Positions 47,585 to 58,228 of a stretch of DNA of 64,000 nt are shown here, one piece after another. A model generated the notes under the pieces. That model was given only the letters and a program-made list of their open reading frames with translations, was not told the origin of the DNA and made no database searches. Within the stretch, counting starts at the first letter, position 1, and every line of letters starts with the position of its first letter. The DNA is from an uncultured delta proteobacterium (GTDB taxonomy: Bacteria > Myxococcota_A > Polyangia > Polyangiales > Houyiibacteriaceae), in NCBI GenBank assembly GCA_963699755.1, contig CAVOVB010000003.1, forward strand, positions 96,001-160,000. The letters are read 5' to 3'. Made by a program: the position numbers and the translations under genes.

Positions 47585-50206
47585 TTACACCGAGTCGACG
47601 TTTACGCGAAACGAGCCGTCGTCGCCCAGAGAGATGTCGACGCCTCCGACCTTGCCCCCCTTGGACATGACCGAGAGCAGCTCCTTGGCCAGCAGCGGAG
47701 TCAGGCTCCCCCGCATGATGTGATCAACGTTGCGGGCGCCGGTTTCGACCTCCGTGCAGCGCTTGGCGATCTCGTCGATGACTTCGTCGGACACCGTCGG
47801 GCGCACGCCATGGCCCTGCTCGATTCGGTCCCCGAGCTTGTTCAGCTTCAGCGTCGTGATCGATCGTAGCGTGTCTGGATCGAGAGGCCGGAATGCGACC
47901 ACCGTCATGCGACCGACCAGCGCCGGCTTGAAGTGGAGGTTGAGCTCTGGCCGAATGGCCGAGACGACGTCCTCCGGATTCACTTCCTCGTCCGTATCGT
48001 AGATCTGCATGATGCTATCGGTGGCGAGGTTGCTCGTCATGATGATCAAGGTGTTGCGGAAGTTGATCTGACGGCCTTCGCCATCGTTGCAAAAACCCTT
48101 GTCGAAAATCTGATAGAACAGATTCATCACTTGCGGGTCCGCCTTTTCGCATTCGTCCAGGAGCACGACCGAATAGGGACGCTGCCGGACGGCTTCGGTG
48201 AGCAGGCCGCCTTCGCCGTAGCCCACGTATCCCGGTGGTGATCCGATGAGCCGAGAAACCGTGTGCTTCTCGGTGAACTCGGTCATGTTGATCGTCGTGA
48301 CAAAGCGCTCGTGGCCGTAAAGGAAGTCGGTCAATGCGAGCGCGGTCTCCGTCTTGCCGACACCGCTGGGCCCGACGAACAGCATGACACCAATCGGGCT
48401 GTTCGGATCGCCGATGCCGGCATACGATGAACGCACCGCTTCAGCGACGGCAGCGAGGCCGTGATCTTGCCCCTTCACCCGCTCACGAAGGCGGTCTTCG
48501 AGCTCGACGACAACCGGAAGATTGCCGCGTTGCATCTTGCCGAGAGGGACACCCGTCCACGAGGAGACCGTTCGCGCCACCGCCTCTGCCGTCACGTCGA
48601 CGCTGATCAGCGCCTCATCCTCGGTGCGGCCCGTGTCGGTCGTGTCGGGGGCTGCCTCCGATGTTGCCGCATCGGTGTTGCCCTCTTCGAGCTCCTTTCG
48701 GCGTTGAAGAAGCGCGGTCACCTCTTCGCGTTCCTTCTTCCAGCGTTCCGCCAGGGCATCGCGCTCGCCACGGGTGGCGTTGAGCTTCTCCTCTGTCGAA
48801 GTGATTCGAGCTTCGAGGTCTGCGTATCCCTGGCTTTGATCCCGATTCACCGCGGCGAGCTCACGCTCGAGCGCGGCCACTTCTTCGTCGAGCTCGACCA
48901 AGCCTTCGGGCCTTGCCTCGTATTCGACACGGACTCGCGCCGAAGTCGTATCGATCAGATCGACAGCCTTGTCGGGAAGCTGCCGGCCGGAGATGTACCG
49001 ATGCGAGAGCTCCGCAGCAGCGGTCACGGCTTCGTCGAGGATACGAACACCATGGGCTTTTTCGTAGATGCTCTTGAGCCCACGTAGCATCACCGACGTG
49101 TCGTCCGTCGACGGCTCGTCGACCTTCACCGGTTGGAAACGGCGTTCGAGAGCCGCGTCCTTTTCGAAGTACTTCTTGTACTCGGACCAGGTGGTTGCCG
49201 CGACCGTGCGAAGCTCTCCTCGTGCGAGCGCTGGCTTGAGGAGGTTGGCCGCGTCTGACCCTCCTGCCGCGCCTCCTGCGCCGATGAGCGTATGCGCCTC
49301 GTCGATGAAGAGAATCGTCGGTTTTTCGGATCCTTTGATCTCCTCCAGGACGCCCTTGAGGCGGTTCTCGAACTCACCCCGGACGCTCGCGCCGGCTTGA
49401 AGAAGCCCAAGGTCGAGCCCGTAGAGCTCTGCATTTCTGAGATTCTCGGGCACATTGCCGCTTACGATTTGCAGCGCCAGGCCCTCCACCAATGCGGTCT
49501 TTCCGACGCCAGGCTCGCCGACGATGATCGGATTGTTTTTCCGGCGCCTGCACAGGATGTCGATGGCTTGGCGGATCTCTCGGTGCCTCCCAAAAATCGG
49601 GTCGATCTTGCCCGCCCGCGCCTTCTCGGTGAAGTTCTCGCAGAATCGGTCGATCGCGCCCCCTCCACCTACCGCAGCTCGCTTTGTCCCCGCGGGCGTC
49701 TTGCCGATCGGCTCGGCTTCAGGCGCTTCCTTCGAGAGGGAAAGGAGCTCGACGATTTCTTTGCCGAGGGCCTCTGCCGAAATCGCTCGGAGCTCGGGAA
49801 CCTTGGTGGCGAGATAGCGGTCGGGTTCGCGGATCAATTGATAGAGCAGCATTCCGGTGCGAATCGAAGTCTCGCCGTGCTCGACACTTGCCGTGATCCA
49901 GGTGTCTTCCAGCCAGCGAAAGAGAATCGGCGAAAATACGGGACGGGCGGTCGAGCCCGTCGGCGCTCGTCCGAGAGCATCGCGGAGACGTCGGAGAAGC
50001 GACTCCCGATTTTGCGCATACTGGTGCAAGATACCCGACGCTTCTCCGTCGGGATCGGACAGCATCTGTTCCAGCATGTGCTCGACAGTCGCTTCGGCAT
50101 GTTGGGAAGATGCCGCGCGCCCCACGGCAGCGTTGAGCATGCGCTGGGCGGTCGGGGTCATGATTTGAACGAGTCTGGCTGGATCTGTTCGCACAGGGGC
50201 CTCCAA
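47585..50206 (-). CDS. tssH: T6SS ATPase ClpV
   Basis: Two AAA modules GEPGVGKT and [16 protein letters not shown] and GARNVD. Confidence 0.97.
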   Translation of the reverse strand: MEAPVRTDPARLVQIMTPTAQRMLNAAVGRAASSQHAEATVEHMLEQMLSDPDGEASGILHQYAQNRESLLRRLRDALGRAPTGSTARPVFSPILFRWLEDTWITASVEHGETSIRTGMLLYQLIREPDRYLATKVPELRAISAEALGKEIVELLSLSKEAPEAEPIGKTPAGTKRAAVGGGGAIDRFCENFTEKARAGKIDPIFGRHREIRQAIDILCRRRKNNPIIVGEPGVGKTALVEGLALQIVSGNVPENLRNAELYGLDLGLLQAGASVRGEFENRLKGVLEEIKGSEKPTILFIDEAHTLIGAGGAAGGSDAANLLKPALARGELRTVAATTWSEYKKYFEKDAALERRFQPVKVDEPSTDDTSVMLRGLKSIYEKAHGVRILDEAVTAAAELSHRYISGRQLPDKAVDLIDTTSARVRVEYEARPEGLVELDEEVAALERELAAVNRDQSQGYADLEARITSTEEKLNATRGERDALAERWKKEREEVTALLQRRKELEEGNTDAATSEAAPDTTDTGRTEDEALISVDVTAEAVARTVSSWTGVPLGKMQRGNLPVVVELEDRLRERVKGQDHGLAAVAEAVRSSYAGIGDPNSPIGVMLFVGPSGVGKTETALALTDFLYGHERFVTTINMTEFTEKHTVSRLIGSPPGYVGYGEGGLLTEAVRQRPYSVVLLDECEKADPQVMNLFYQIFDKGFCNDGEGRQINFRNTLIIMTSNLATDSIMQIYDTDEEVNPEDVVSAIRPELNLHFKPALVGRMTVVAFRPLDPDTLRSITTLKLNKLGDRIEQGHGVRPTVSDEVIDEIAKRCTEVETGARNVDHIMRGSLTPLLAKELLSVMSKGGKVGGVDISLGDDGSFRVNVDSV

Positions 50207-50212
50207 TGTTGT

Positions 50213-51238
50213 TCATACGAGGGATCGATTGATCCCCGAGATTCTTCCTACGTCCCGCATGATCAGGACCTCGTTCCCGTGAAAGCCGGCGAGGTGCGCC
50301 GCGCCCAGTCGCGAGAAGCCAATTCTCATCGTTTGTGCTGCGCTCTCATGCAGCTCCAGCTCGACGTCGTACTCGAGCGGATCACGGAGAACGAGGCTAA
50401 CGGCTGCTCGCAATCGATCCAATAGAAGCTGACCCTCGGCAAATAGGTCGGCTTGCTCACGCGTCAGGATGCCGAGGCGAATCGCAAACCTCCCGCGCCG
50501 GTCGTATACGCGACGACCCAAGACCGTGAGCTCTCCGAGTGCATGATTTCGCGTCCCCAGCCGGGTATATTGGTCCTCGTCGACCATCAGCCACTGGCCG
50601 GCGAGCTCGCGAATTCGTACCTCGAGGTCAGGGAGCTCGTCGCGGAGAACCGCCAACACAGCCACCCGCAACGCCGCAGCACCCCGGGCACGTTTCGCCA
50701 GGATCGGGATGAGAACCATCAGGTGCCGTGCTTGAAGCGCTAGGTCTGGATCCGGGTGGACACCGGCCAAGCCGAGAAGGCGGAGAAGCCAGGGATCGGA
50801 TGCGTCGGAACGATGTTCCCGCGCGGGATTGAGTCGATTGACGGACCGGTACAGGAGCGAGACCGCGCGGTGATGGAACAGATCGAGGAAGTCGCGTTGG
50901 GTACCCTGCTCGAACGTGTCGACCAACACGCCCTCGGCGATGTACGGCGGGAGCGGCGATGCTGTCCCCGATAGGCCCAAGAACGTCGTCAGCACTTCGA
51001 AGCGGCGAGGGTCTTCCGCGATCTCCACGCTTCGAACATCGGCCGAGTGGAATCCCAAATCGGGGTCGTGCCGGAAGCGAATGCCTTCTCGATTCGGAGG
51101 CCCCTCGCCGCCGAGCGCGCTGGCGCCCACCGTCACACGCTCGAGAAAAGACACCAACCCGAAGAACGAGCGCGGCGCAGCAGCGCGGTACTCCTCCCAG
51201 GTCAAAGCAGTGGCTGGGTTCCTGTCTCTGGCTTCCAT
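50213..51238 (-). CDS. tssG: T6SS baseplate TssG
   Basis: FLGLSGTASPLP and DFLDLFHHR; start overlaps the tssF 3' end. Confidence 0.94.
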   Translation of the reverse strand: MEARDRNPATALTWEEYRAAAPRSFFGLVSFLERVTVGASALGGEGPPNREGIRFRHDPDLGFHSADVRSVEIAEDPRRFEVLTTFLGLSGTASPLPPYIAEGVLVDTFEQGTQRDFLDLFHHRAVSLLYRSVNRLNPAREHRSDASDPWLLRLLGLAGVHPDPDLALQARHLMVLIPILAKRARGAAALRVAVLAVLRDELPDLEVRIRELAGQWLMVDEDQYTRLGTRNHALGELTVLGRRVYDRRGRFAIRLGILTREQADLFAEGQLLLDRLRAAVSLVLRDPLEYDVELELHESAAQTMRIGFSRLGAAHLAGFHGNEVLIMRDVGRISGINRSLV

Positions 51239-52938
51239 CCGATGCTCTTGTTGGAGGGGTAAAGGTTGATGGTGAGTCTTTGAAAGCAATTGATCGGGCT
51301 CTCCGACGTCAACAGGCGTTGGAGAGCGCATCCGAAAAGATAGGCGTCACCGATTTCAGCGAAGCCAGTTTCATCCAGCTCCACCTCGGTGTGGAGCCCG
51401 ACCATTGGAACCCTTTCGAACACCCGGCGCTCGCGGGTTGCGCGCACGCTCCGAATTGCCGCAATCCTGAGTCGATTTGCCTCGTAGAGCTGCTGGTCGG
51501 TTTCCTCGTGGACGTTGTAGAGGGTAAGCAGCGAGCTTAGGACATTGGCGTGGGCGAGGCTCCTGGTGTTGAGCGCCAGGTGAGACACCAATCGCCAGTG
51601 CTTTTCGGCGCCGATGGGAGGGCGAGTCGGCCTGGTGACACGCGTGATGTTTCGGAAGCTGGCGACCGTGGGCGAGCCGGATGTTGGCTGACAGATGTCG
51701 CCCGGCCGCAGCTCCGAAGGCAACTGCCGGTTGGTGCAGCTGAGCTCGCTCGAGAGCACACGTTCTTCGAGATCCGGCGGGACATCGGACGGCGTGAGGA
51801 CTGAGAGATAGGCATCTATCGCGTTGTCGATCGGAGAACGGTCTCGTCTCACGCTATAGTACCGCTGCGCGTTACGGGGCCTATTCAAATGAGAGAAGGC
51901 GAAAAAGGGGTCGTACGTGATTCGCCTCGAACCACGCTGGTCGATCCCGGTGACCGAGTTGACGCTGTAGATCTCCGTATGATGTGGGTCTCGGTTCAAT
52001 GCTCTGAGCAGGTACTCGTGCTCTCTCGAGCTCTGCTTGATCGGCGCGCCATCGGCTTCGAAGAGATTGACCACGGGGGTGCAATGAGGCTGGAACAGGT
52101 CTGAGGTCAGGCGCTCGGGCAACTTTGGCGGATCGCGGAAGTGGAAGACCAGATCGAAGTTTTCCCCAAGTACTCCCTCCGGCAACTTCAGGAAGCCGGG
52201 AACGTCGACGAAGAGAAGCTTCGCCGGCATGGTGAAGTACTCCTGTAGAAGGCAGAGGCCTTCGGGCACCGTGTCGGGCCAAGGAAGAAGCCGAAAGCCT
52301 GCGCCCACGCCGGGTAGCTCGACCTTGTTCGCAAGAGGATACGCGTGACCTCGCGTCTCGAGCTCGGCCGCGGTCAGGTATTCGGCCAGCCAGAAGAAGA
52401 CGGTCGACGCAAGCCCAAGCGGGCCATCCAAAAATAGCCGAAGGCGTCCGTGTTCAGGCCATTTGGGCTCGCTCTCCGCCCGGAAGCGCAACCGAATTTT
52501 CGGCCGGCTCTCGGTCGAGGGGTCCATCGTGGCGCCTTCGAGGCGCATGGGGAGAAGGTCGACCGGCGCGATCGTACGAAACGTGCACTGTGTCCCCTGG
52601 ACGGCGCGACTGGCCAGCTCCGTTCCCGACGCGACCTGGTAGTGCCCACGGATCGCCGCTGCATTCGCCGAGAACTGGACGGTGGAGCAGGCGGGCACCT
52701 GCCGAAAGAGCTGAGGGACGGTGAGCTGTCCGAGCGAGTCGATGACCTCAGGTAGGGCGTCATCGGCCCGCTCCCGGATTCGGGCGGTCAGAAATGCGAA
52801 ACCTTCGAGAAGCCGCTCGACTTCCGGGTCTCCCTCTCGATCGGCAAGCGCCCTCGTCAACGTGGGATTGGCGCGAGCGAACTCTCGGCCGAGCTCGCGG
52901 AGATAGGTCAATTCGCTCTGGTAGTACTTGCTGAACAT
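51202..52938 (-). CDS. tssF: T6SS baseplate TssF
   Basis: YYQSELTYLRELGREFA, DPEVERLLEGFAFLTARI, CTPVVNLF and WRLVSHLALN. Confidence 0.97.
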   Translation of the reverse strand: MFSKYYQSELTYLRELGREFARANPTLTRALADREGDPEVERLLEGFAFLTARIRERADDALPEVIDSLGQLTVPQLFRQVPACSTVQFSANAAAIRGHYQVASGTELASRAVQGTQCTFRTIAPVDLLPMRLEGATMDPSTESRPKIRLRFRAESEPKWPEHGRLRLFLDGPLGLASTVFFWLAEYLTAAELETRGHAYPLANKVELPGVGAGFRLLPWPDTVPEGLCLLQEYFTMPAKLLFVDVPGFLKLPEGVLGENFDLVFHFRDPPKLPERLTSDLFQPHCTPVVNLFEADGAPIKQSSREHEYLLRALNRDPHHTEIYSVNSVTGIDQRGSRRITYDPFFAFSHLNRPRNAQRYYSVRRDRSPIDNAIDAYLSVLTPSDVPPDLEERVLSSELSCTNRQLPSELRPGDICQPTSGSPTVASFRNITRVTRPTRPPIGAEKHWRLVSHLALNTRSLAHANVLSSLLTLYNVHEETDQQLYEANRLRIAAIRSVRATRERRVFERVPMVGLHTEVELDETGFAEIGDAYLFGCALQRLLTSESPINCFQRLTINLYPSNKSIGWKPETGTQPLL

Positions 52939-52939
52939 C

Positions 52940-53317
52940 TCAGCGGCTCACCTTGAAGCGGTTCCCCGGCTGTAACGCGGTCCGCACGTGGAACGGGGTC
53001 TTGTCGGCATCGGTGAGACGCGCCGACACATCGAAGTAGAGAACGAACGGGTCATCGGAAGGGAAGAATCGCACCTTCACTTTGGAGAGCCTCGGCTCGT
53101 ACTTGAGGATGACGTCGCGAATCGCGTTCTGAAGTGCATGCAAGCCGTCCGGAAGCATGTGCACGATGTCGGTCAGGTCAGGCAACCCGTAGTCCGGGTG
53201 CGTCACGGAGAGGCCTTCGCGCGTGTTGAGCAAGATCTGTAGATGCTCCGCGATCGACTGCGTCTCGTCCACGCTTCGTCGATCGGTCCCGAGCCTTCGC
53301 AAGAAACGTTCGCTCAT
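52940..53317 (-). CDS. tssE: T6SS baseplate TssE (gp25-like)
   Basis: HLQILLNTREG, DYGLPD and YEPRL. Confidence 0.95.
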   Translation of the reverse strand: MSERFLRRLGTDRRSVDETQSIAEHLQILLNTREGLSVTHPDYGLPDLTDIVHMLPDGLHALQNAIRDVILKYEPRLSKVKVRFFPSDDPFVLYFDVSARLTDADKTPFHVRTALQPGNRFKVSR

Positions 53318-54906
53318 CGCGCCCGCTTCTCGCTTCCTTCGTGCGGTTTGATGTCCAACGTGGCCATCCGGCTGATCAGGCTAGTCCGTGAGATACTAAG
53401 CTCCCTGGCCGTCTGGGCCACCACGCCTTCGCATTTCAGGAGGGCGTCCCGGATGATCTCACGTTCGATCGCATCGAGATCGGTGCGCCGTTCTGCCAGT
53501 TGTTCCCAGCGCTCCCGGACCGCGTACGCAGGGGGAGTGCCGCTCGGCTCGGCGCTCTGTGTTGCGGGAGCGCTCGGAAGGACCGCACGCGAGGCCTTCC
53601 GTGGAGGAAGGTCGAGGTGACGCGCTTCGATGAGCTCAGCTTCCTCATTCGCCGCACCGGCCCTGTTCTTCGCACGCTCGAGCACCGCTTCCAGCTCACG
53701 AATATTTCCGGCCCACTCGAGGTGAGGCGCTTTGAGCAGGGCGAGAGCGTCTCCGTCCAAAGCCCAATCCCTACGCGGATCTGTCCTCGTCAGGTAGCGA
53801 ATCGCGATGTCGGGGATGTCAGCTCGGCGTTCCCGCAATGGCGGAAGAGTCAGCGGCACGGTCGCCAGTCGGAAGTACAAATCCTGCCGGAATCGGGTGT
53901 CCGCAATCGCCCTGCCGATGTCTCCATTCGTGACCGAGATGAGACGAAGCTCCGCCTTCTTCGGATCGAGGCCCTGGTAGCCAAGTGGCCGGTACGTGCC
54001 GAACTGCGTGAAGTCGAGAAGCAGCTGTTGGGCATGAGGCGACAAATTGAGAACTTCGTCGAGGATGAGCGTGCCCTTGTCGGCGTACTCGACCAGGCCT
54101 TTTCGCTTCGAAACGGCACCGGAGAACGCGCCTCGCTCGTGACCGAATAGTTCCGAGGCGATCGTGTTCAGGTCGTCGCTGAATCCCAGCGTCGCCCGGA
54201 CGATCGGCGCACGATTGCTCGCGCGCGCGATCGCAGTCGCGAGCTGCGTCTTGCCTGTTCCCGATTCGCCGAGAATCATGATCGATGCATTGCTTCGAAT
54301 CGCGGCGCGCACTTCATCTCGAAGCGCCCGCATGCTCCTCGGTGCGAGGAGCTCATCGAGATCCAGATACGTCGAAGGATCCTGCCGCGCTTGCTGTTCC
54401 CGCAGATGCTCTTGGGCCTTTTCGACCAGTGCTTGTTGGGCCGTCATGGCGCCAAGCAAGGTGGCGACGTACTCGAGAAACTCCAGCACCGCGCTGCGGG
54501 TTCCCTGATCATCCGGAAAATCCAAGTAGATCGCGGCGACGAGTCGCCGATTCCCTCGCGGGGTCGTTGGGGGTGCCCAGAGCGGAATCGCCGCGAAGGA
54601 TCCGGTGTCGGCATAGGGGACAGGGCCGGCGATCGTTCGGCGTCGGTCCTCCACCTCGCTTAGGACAGTGGTGACGTGCGCTGCAAGAATGGCGGGGGGG
54701 ACGGCGTGGAAGCTGCTCGTCCGAGCATGATGGATCGACCCGCTTCCTTTGGACTCGAACGTGCTCCAAGCCGAGGTTGCGCCCAGCACCACACACAGGG
54801 CGTCGAGGGTTTCCTCGATCAGGCGGGCGTTCTGAAGGCCGCTGACGAGAGCCGCGACCACCGCGCGCATCCGCGGCCACGGATATGTTTCGTCCACCAT
54901 CGGCAT
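53314..54906 (-). CDS. sigma-54-dependent activator (GAF-like + AAA + Fis HTH), VasH/Sfa-like
   Basis: GESGTGKT, ELFGHERGAFSGA, LILDEV, FRQDLYFRL, GNIRELE and HTH; ATGA-coupled to tssE. Confidence 0.93.
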   Translation of the reverse strand: MPMVDETYPWPRMRAVVAALVSGLQNARLIEETLDALCVVLGATSAWSTFESKGSGSIHHARTSSFHAVPPAILAAHVTTVLSEVEDRRRTIAGPVPYADTGSFAAIPLWAPPTTPRGNRRLVAAIYLDFPDDQGTRSAVLEFLEYVATLLGAMTAQQALVEKAQEHLREQQARQDPSTYLDLDELLAPRSMRALRDEVRAAIRSNASIMILGESGTGKTQLATAIARASNRAPIVRATLGFSDDLNTIASELFGHERGAFSGAVSKRKGLVEYADKGTLILDEVLNLSPHAQQLLLDFTQFGTYRPLGYQGLDPKKAELRLISVTNGDIGRAIADTRFRQDLYFRLATVPLTLPPLRERRADIPDIAIRYLTRTDPRRDWALDGDALALLKAPHLEWAGNIRELEAVLERAKNRAGAANEEAELIEARHLDLPPRKASRAVLPSAPATQSAEPSGTPPAYAVRERWEQLAERRTDLDAIEREIIRDALLKCEGVVAQTARELSISRTSLISRMATLDIKPHEGSEKRAR

Positions 54907-55040
54907 CAGGCGACCACGAGATTACCTGTTCACGACCGTCCCGACCATAGGCTCCTCGAAATTGGTCACCTCTCGGTTGGGCGCCCGTGAATACTCGCGT
55001 TTTAGTTCGGAAATTGGAGCGGTTCGAGTAACCTGCCGCG

Positions 55041-55757
55041 ATGAGTAGCTCGTCCCGACTCCAACTCCCAGTGACCCTGCTGCTTGCGCTCTTGGCCAGT
55101 GCTTGTGCGGACGTTCAGCCGTCTGCACCCATCGGCTGCGCCAACAACTTCGATTGCGAACCGACCGACTATTGTGTGGCTGAGACCTGCGGTGGACCTG
55201 GCACCTGCCTGGCGCGGCCGGCCGACTGCTCCCCGAACGTGAGCTTCGTTTGCGGCTGTGACGGTGTGACCTACGACAACGCATGCGAGGCGAGCAGAGC
55301 CGGCGCTCGCATTGCCAACGTCGGGGAATGCGTCTGCGACACCAACGAAGATTGCAACGAAAGCGACTACTGTGACGGCGAGAGCTGCGAAGGCGCCGGC
55401 ACCTGTGAAGCCAAGCCTACGGACTGCCCGGCGGTGTTTGATCCGGTCTGTGGTTGCGACGGTGTGAACTACGACAGCGAGTGTCTCGCGGAGTCGTTGG
55501 GGGTACGGATCGAGTCAGCGGGACCTTGCCCCTGTGCCCCGGACGCGGTCGATTGCTGTGACACCAACGACGACTGCCTTGCGACTGAGTACTGTGCAGC
55601 CGAGATCTGCGCTGGCCCGGGGAATTGCGAGATTCGGCCGACGGTCTGCCCTCTGGTCCTAGCCCCCGTGTGCGGCTGCGACGGCGGAACCTACAGCAAC
55701 TCATGCGTCGCAGCGACGGCTGGTGTAAGGGTGAGCTTCTCCGGGGAATGCCCATAG
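55041..55757 (+). CDS. Lipoprotein with three Kazal-like repeats; mature N-terminus C-ADV
   Basis: ASA-C-ADVQ; VCGCDGxxYxxxC three times. Confidence 0.85.
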   Translation: MSSSSRLQLPVTLLLALLASACADVQPSAPIGCANNFDCEPTDYCVAETCGGPGTCLARPADCSPNVSFVCGCDGVTYDNACEASRAGARIANVGECVCDTNEDCNESDYCDGESCEGAGTCEAKPTDCPAVFDPVCGCDGVNYDSECLAESLGVRIESAGPCPCAPDAVDCCDTNDDCLATEYCAAEICAGPGNCEIRPTVCPLVLAPVCGCDGGTYSNSCVAATAGVRVSFSGECP

Positions 55758-56050
55758 GGAGTTGGCAGTTTGGGCGGCGCGAGCGGATTCGGGCCAATTC
55801 GCAACGGAGCGACTTCTTCACGACCCGCTGAGAATCGAATAGCACGGTGACGAGCTCAGTCGTTCACCATCGTTGGCAGGCGCCATCGCGAGCCTAACGG
55901 ACGGCGCGGGGACACCTGAGCCCATGCGGGGTTCTTTGCCGCGAATCTCGAAATCAAGGCTAGGCGAATAGATTGCGCGTCCCCCAGCCTGCGGTGCAGA
56001 ACTTTCGGAGACCGATTCGGTGTTCAACGACAAAATCGCGATCAAATAGC

Positions 56051-56066
56051 TGGCACGCGATGTGCT
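56051..56066 (+). promoter_or_regulatory. sigma-54 -24/-12 promoter
   Basis: TGGCACGCGATGTGCT, 39 bp before ATG 56105. Confidence 0.7.
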
Positions 56067-56104
56067 TCCGCTTCTGATGTTACAGCATCGTCGGGAGGTG
56101 ACTA

Positions 56105-58228
56105 ATGCGTCTGACTCTGAAATTGCGCTTGGTGCTGGGGCTGGTGGCCGTTGTATTTGTGGCGGCTGGGGGGTGTGCGGATGTGACTCCTGCTGTAGGG
56201 TCCGGCGGTAGTGGAGGTGCCACGGGCAGTGGCGGCGGTGCTGGTAGCGGAGGGATCGACTGTTTCAACGCCTTGTGCGATCCGATCGGCGACCGCTGTT
56301 GCCCTGCGGCGTGTATGCCAGGCAATGACTTCGATTGCTGCGAAGCCGCTACCTGCAGCACCGTGTCCGACGCTTGTTGCTCAAGTACTTGTGCGGAAGC
56401 CGACGACGTCGACTGCTGTGACGAAGCTGCGTGCAGCAACAGTTCCGACGGCTGCTGTCCGGCGACGTGCACCCCCGCGAATGACGTGGACTGCTGTGAC
56501 ACCCCTTGCAGCCAGGCTGCCGATGGGTGCTGCGGGAACATGTGCACGTCGGCCAACGACGCGGATTGCTGCGCAGTAGCTACCTGCGATCCGACGCCAG
56601 ATGGCTGCTGCTCGGACGCTTGCACGGCAGCCAACGATCAAGATTGCTGCAGCATCGTCGCATGCAACAACGACTTCTCTGACAATTGTTGCCCAGACGC
56701 TTGTGCTCCAACCGAAGACATCGATTGTTTCAACGCGCCCGATTCGATTGTTGTCACGCCGAGCGACCCCTCGATTGCTTTGGGGGAAACTCAGCAGTTC
56801 ACCGCAACGGCTGTCTACGGCGGTAGCCCCGTAGAGATCACTGCCTACGCGCTATGGTCTTCTTCCAACGAGGGTGTCGCTACCGTAAGCAACAATGGGC
56901 TGGTCACGAGCGTCCTTTCAGGAACCACGACCATCTCAGCGGGCATCCCAGGCGCATCCAGCGCGCCCGTCGGATCGACCACTCTGCGCGTCACCGATGC
57001 CGAGCTCCGGTCGATCTCCATCGTTCCAGTGGACCCGTCGATCACGCTCGGGACAAAGCAACAATTCACGGCGACTGGCACGTACACCGATGGAGGCCAG
57101 GTGGACCTTACCACTCAGGTGCAGTGGAGCTCTTCGGTCCCGACCGTGGCGACGGTAAGTGATGCGCCCGGGAGCGACGGGTTGGCAACGAGTATCACGG
57201 TAGGCCGAACAACGATCACGGCCACAGATACCGCGTCCGCCATCCTCGGAGAGAGCGATTTGGACGTGACAGGACCCACGACGAACCGCGCCTATGTTGC
57301 AAACTCGAGCGACGGGTCCGTCTCAGTTATCGACATCGTAGATGGGAAGGTCATCGATACGATTACTGTAAACACTGGGCCGTTTGCCATGGCGGCGCAT
57401 CCCACAGCGAATCTCGTGTACGTGACTCACAACCAACTCGACATCGTCTCAGTAATCGACACGACGACCAACCAGGTGCTCACCACCGTCAATGTCGGCG
57501 ACAACCCTTATGATGTCGCTGTCAATGACGTTCGGAACAAGGCCTACATTGCGAATCCTGGCGCCTGGGGTTCCGGTGATGACACGGTGACGATCATCAA
57601 CACGACGAATCAGCAAGTGATCAAAACCGTGGTCGTGGGACAAGACCCGGCCGCGGTTGATGTGACCGACCACGGGAATTCCACGGGAGCATTTGTCGCC
57701 CTCAGGGGTCAGGTGAAAGTGATTGATGTTGCCACTGATAACGTGTCCCATACCATCCCGCTTCCCGCGGGAACGACAGGCACCGCATGCCCGTCGGGCG
57801 TCGCCTATCAGCGAGCAACTTACATCATGCGGGTCTTGCACAACATCTGTAACGCGCCGCTCAGCGCAAAGCCCTATATCAACGACGTCGTGTCGACGAC
57901 CAAGGCCGTCGACACCACATACCGAATCGAATCTGCCGGCGCGGGCACCGATGTGACGGTCAATCCGGGAGTCGGCGGATGGACCTATGTGACGCATGCA
58001 AGTCAAAACACGCTTTCGGTCACCGAGTACGTCTTCGATACCTTGGAAGCGGAGGTTCCCGTGGGCGAGTTCCCCACGAAGGTTCAGTTCGTAGGGCCGC
58101 CCCACAACAAAGTGCTGGTGTCGAACTGCACTAGTGGAGACGTCTCGGTCGTGGATGTAGCCACCAATACCGTTACTAAGACCATTGATGTCGGTGGCTG
58201 CCCGCGTGGAATCGCCGTGATTCCTTAG
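56105..58228 (+). CDS. Surface lipoprotein: vicinal-Cys repeats + two Big_2 Ig-like domains + YVTN/YncE beta-propeller; mature N-terminus C-ADV
   Basis: AGG-C-ADVTPAVGSGG; QQFTAT..WSSS..VATVS twice; AYVANS..VSVID repeats; GGAGG RBS. Confidence 0.88.
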   Translation: MRLTLKLRLVLGLVAVVFVAAGGCADVTPAVGSGGSGGATGSGGGAGSGGIDCFNALCDPIGDRCCPAACMPGNDFDCCEAATCSTVSDACCSSTCAEADDVDCCDEAACSNSSDGCCPATCTPANDVDCCDTPCSQAADGCCGNMCTSANDADCCAVATCDPTPDGCCSDACTAANDQDCCSIVACNNDFSDNCCPDACAPTEDIDCFNAPDSIVVTPSDPSIALGETQQFTATAVYGGSPVEITAYALWSSSNEGVATVSNNGLVTSVLSGTTTISAGIPGASSAPVGSTTLRVTDAELRSISIVPVDPSITLGTKQQFTATGTYTDGGQVDLTTQVQWSSSVPTVATVSDAPGSDGLATSITVGRTTITATDTASAILGESDLDVTGPTTNRAYVANSSDGSVSVIDIVDGKVIDTITVNTGPFAMAAHPTANLVYVTHNQLDIVSVIDTTTNQVLTTVNVGDNPYDVAVNDVRNKAYIANPGAWGSGDDTVTIINTTNQQVIKTVVVGQDPAAVDVTDHGNSTGAFVALRGQVKVIDVATDNVSHTIPLPAGTTGTACPSGVAYQRATYIMRVLHNICNAPLSAKPYINDVVSTTKAVDTTYRIESAGAGTDVTVNPGVGGWTYVTHASQNTLSVTEYVFDTLEAEVPVGEFPTKVQFVGPPHNKVLVSNCTSGDVSVVDVATNTVTKTIDVGGCPRGIAVIP

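Noticed and set aside
55848..55865. Fourth copy of the enhancer (TGACGAG-CTCA-GTCGTTC) upstream of the 56051 promoter
   Set aside because: Three mismatches and about 186 bp away, unlike the other three; too weak to claim
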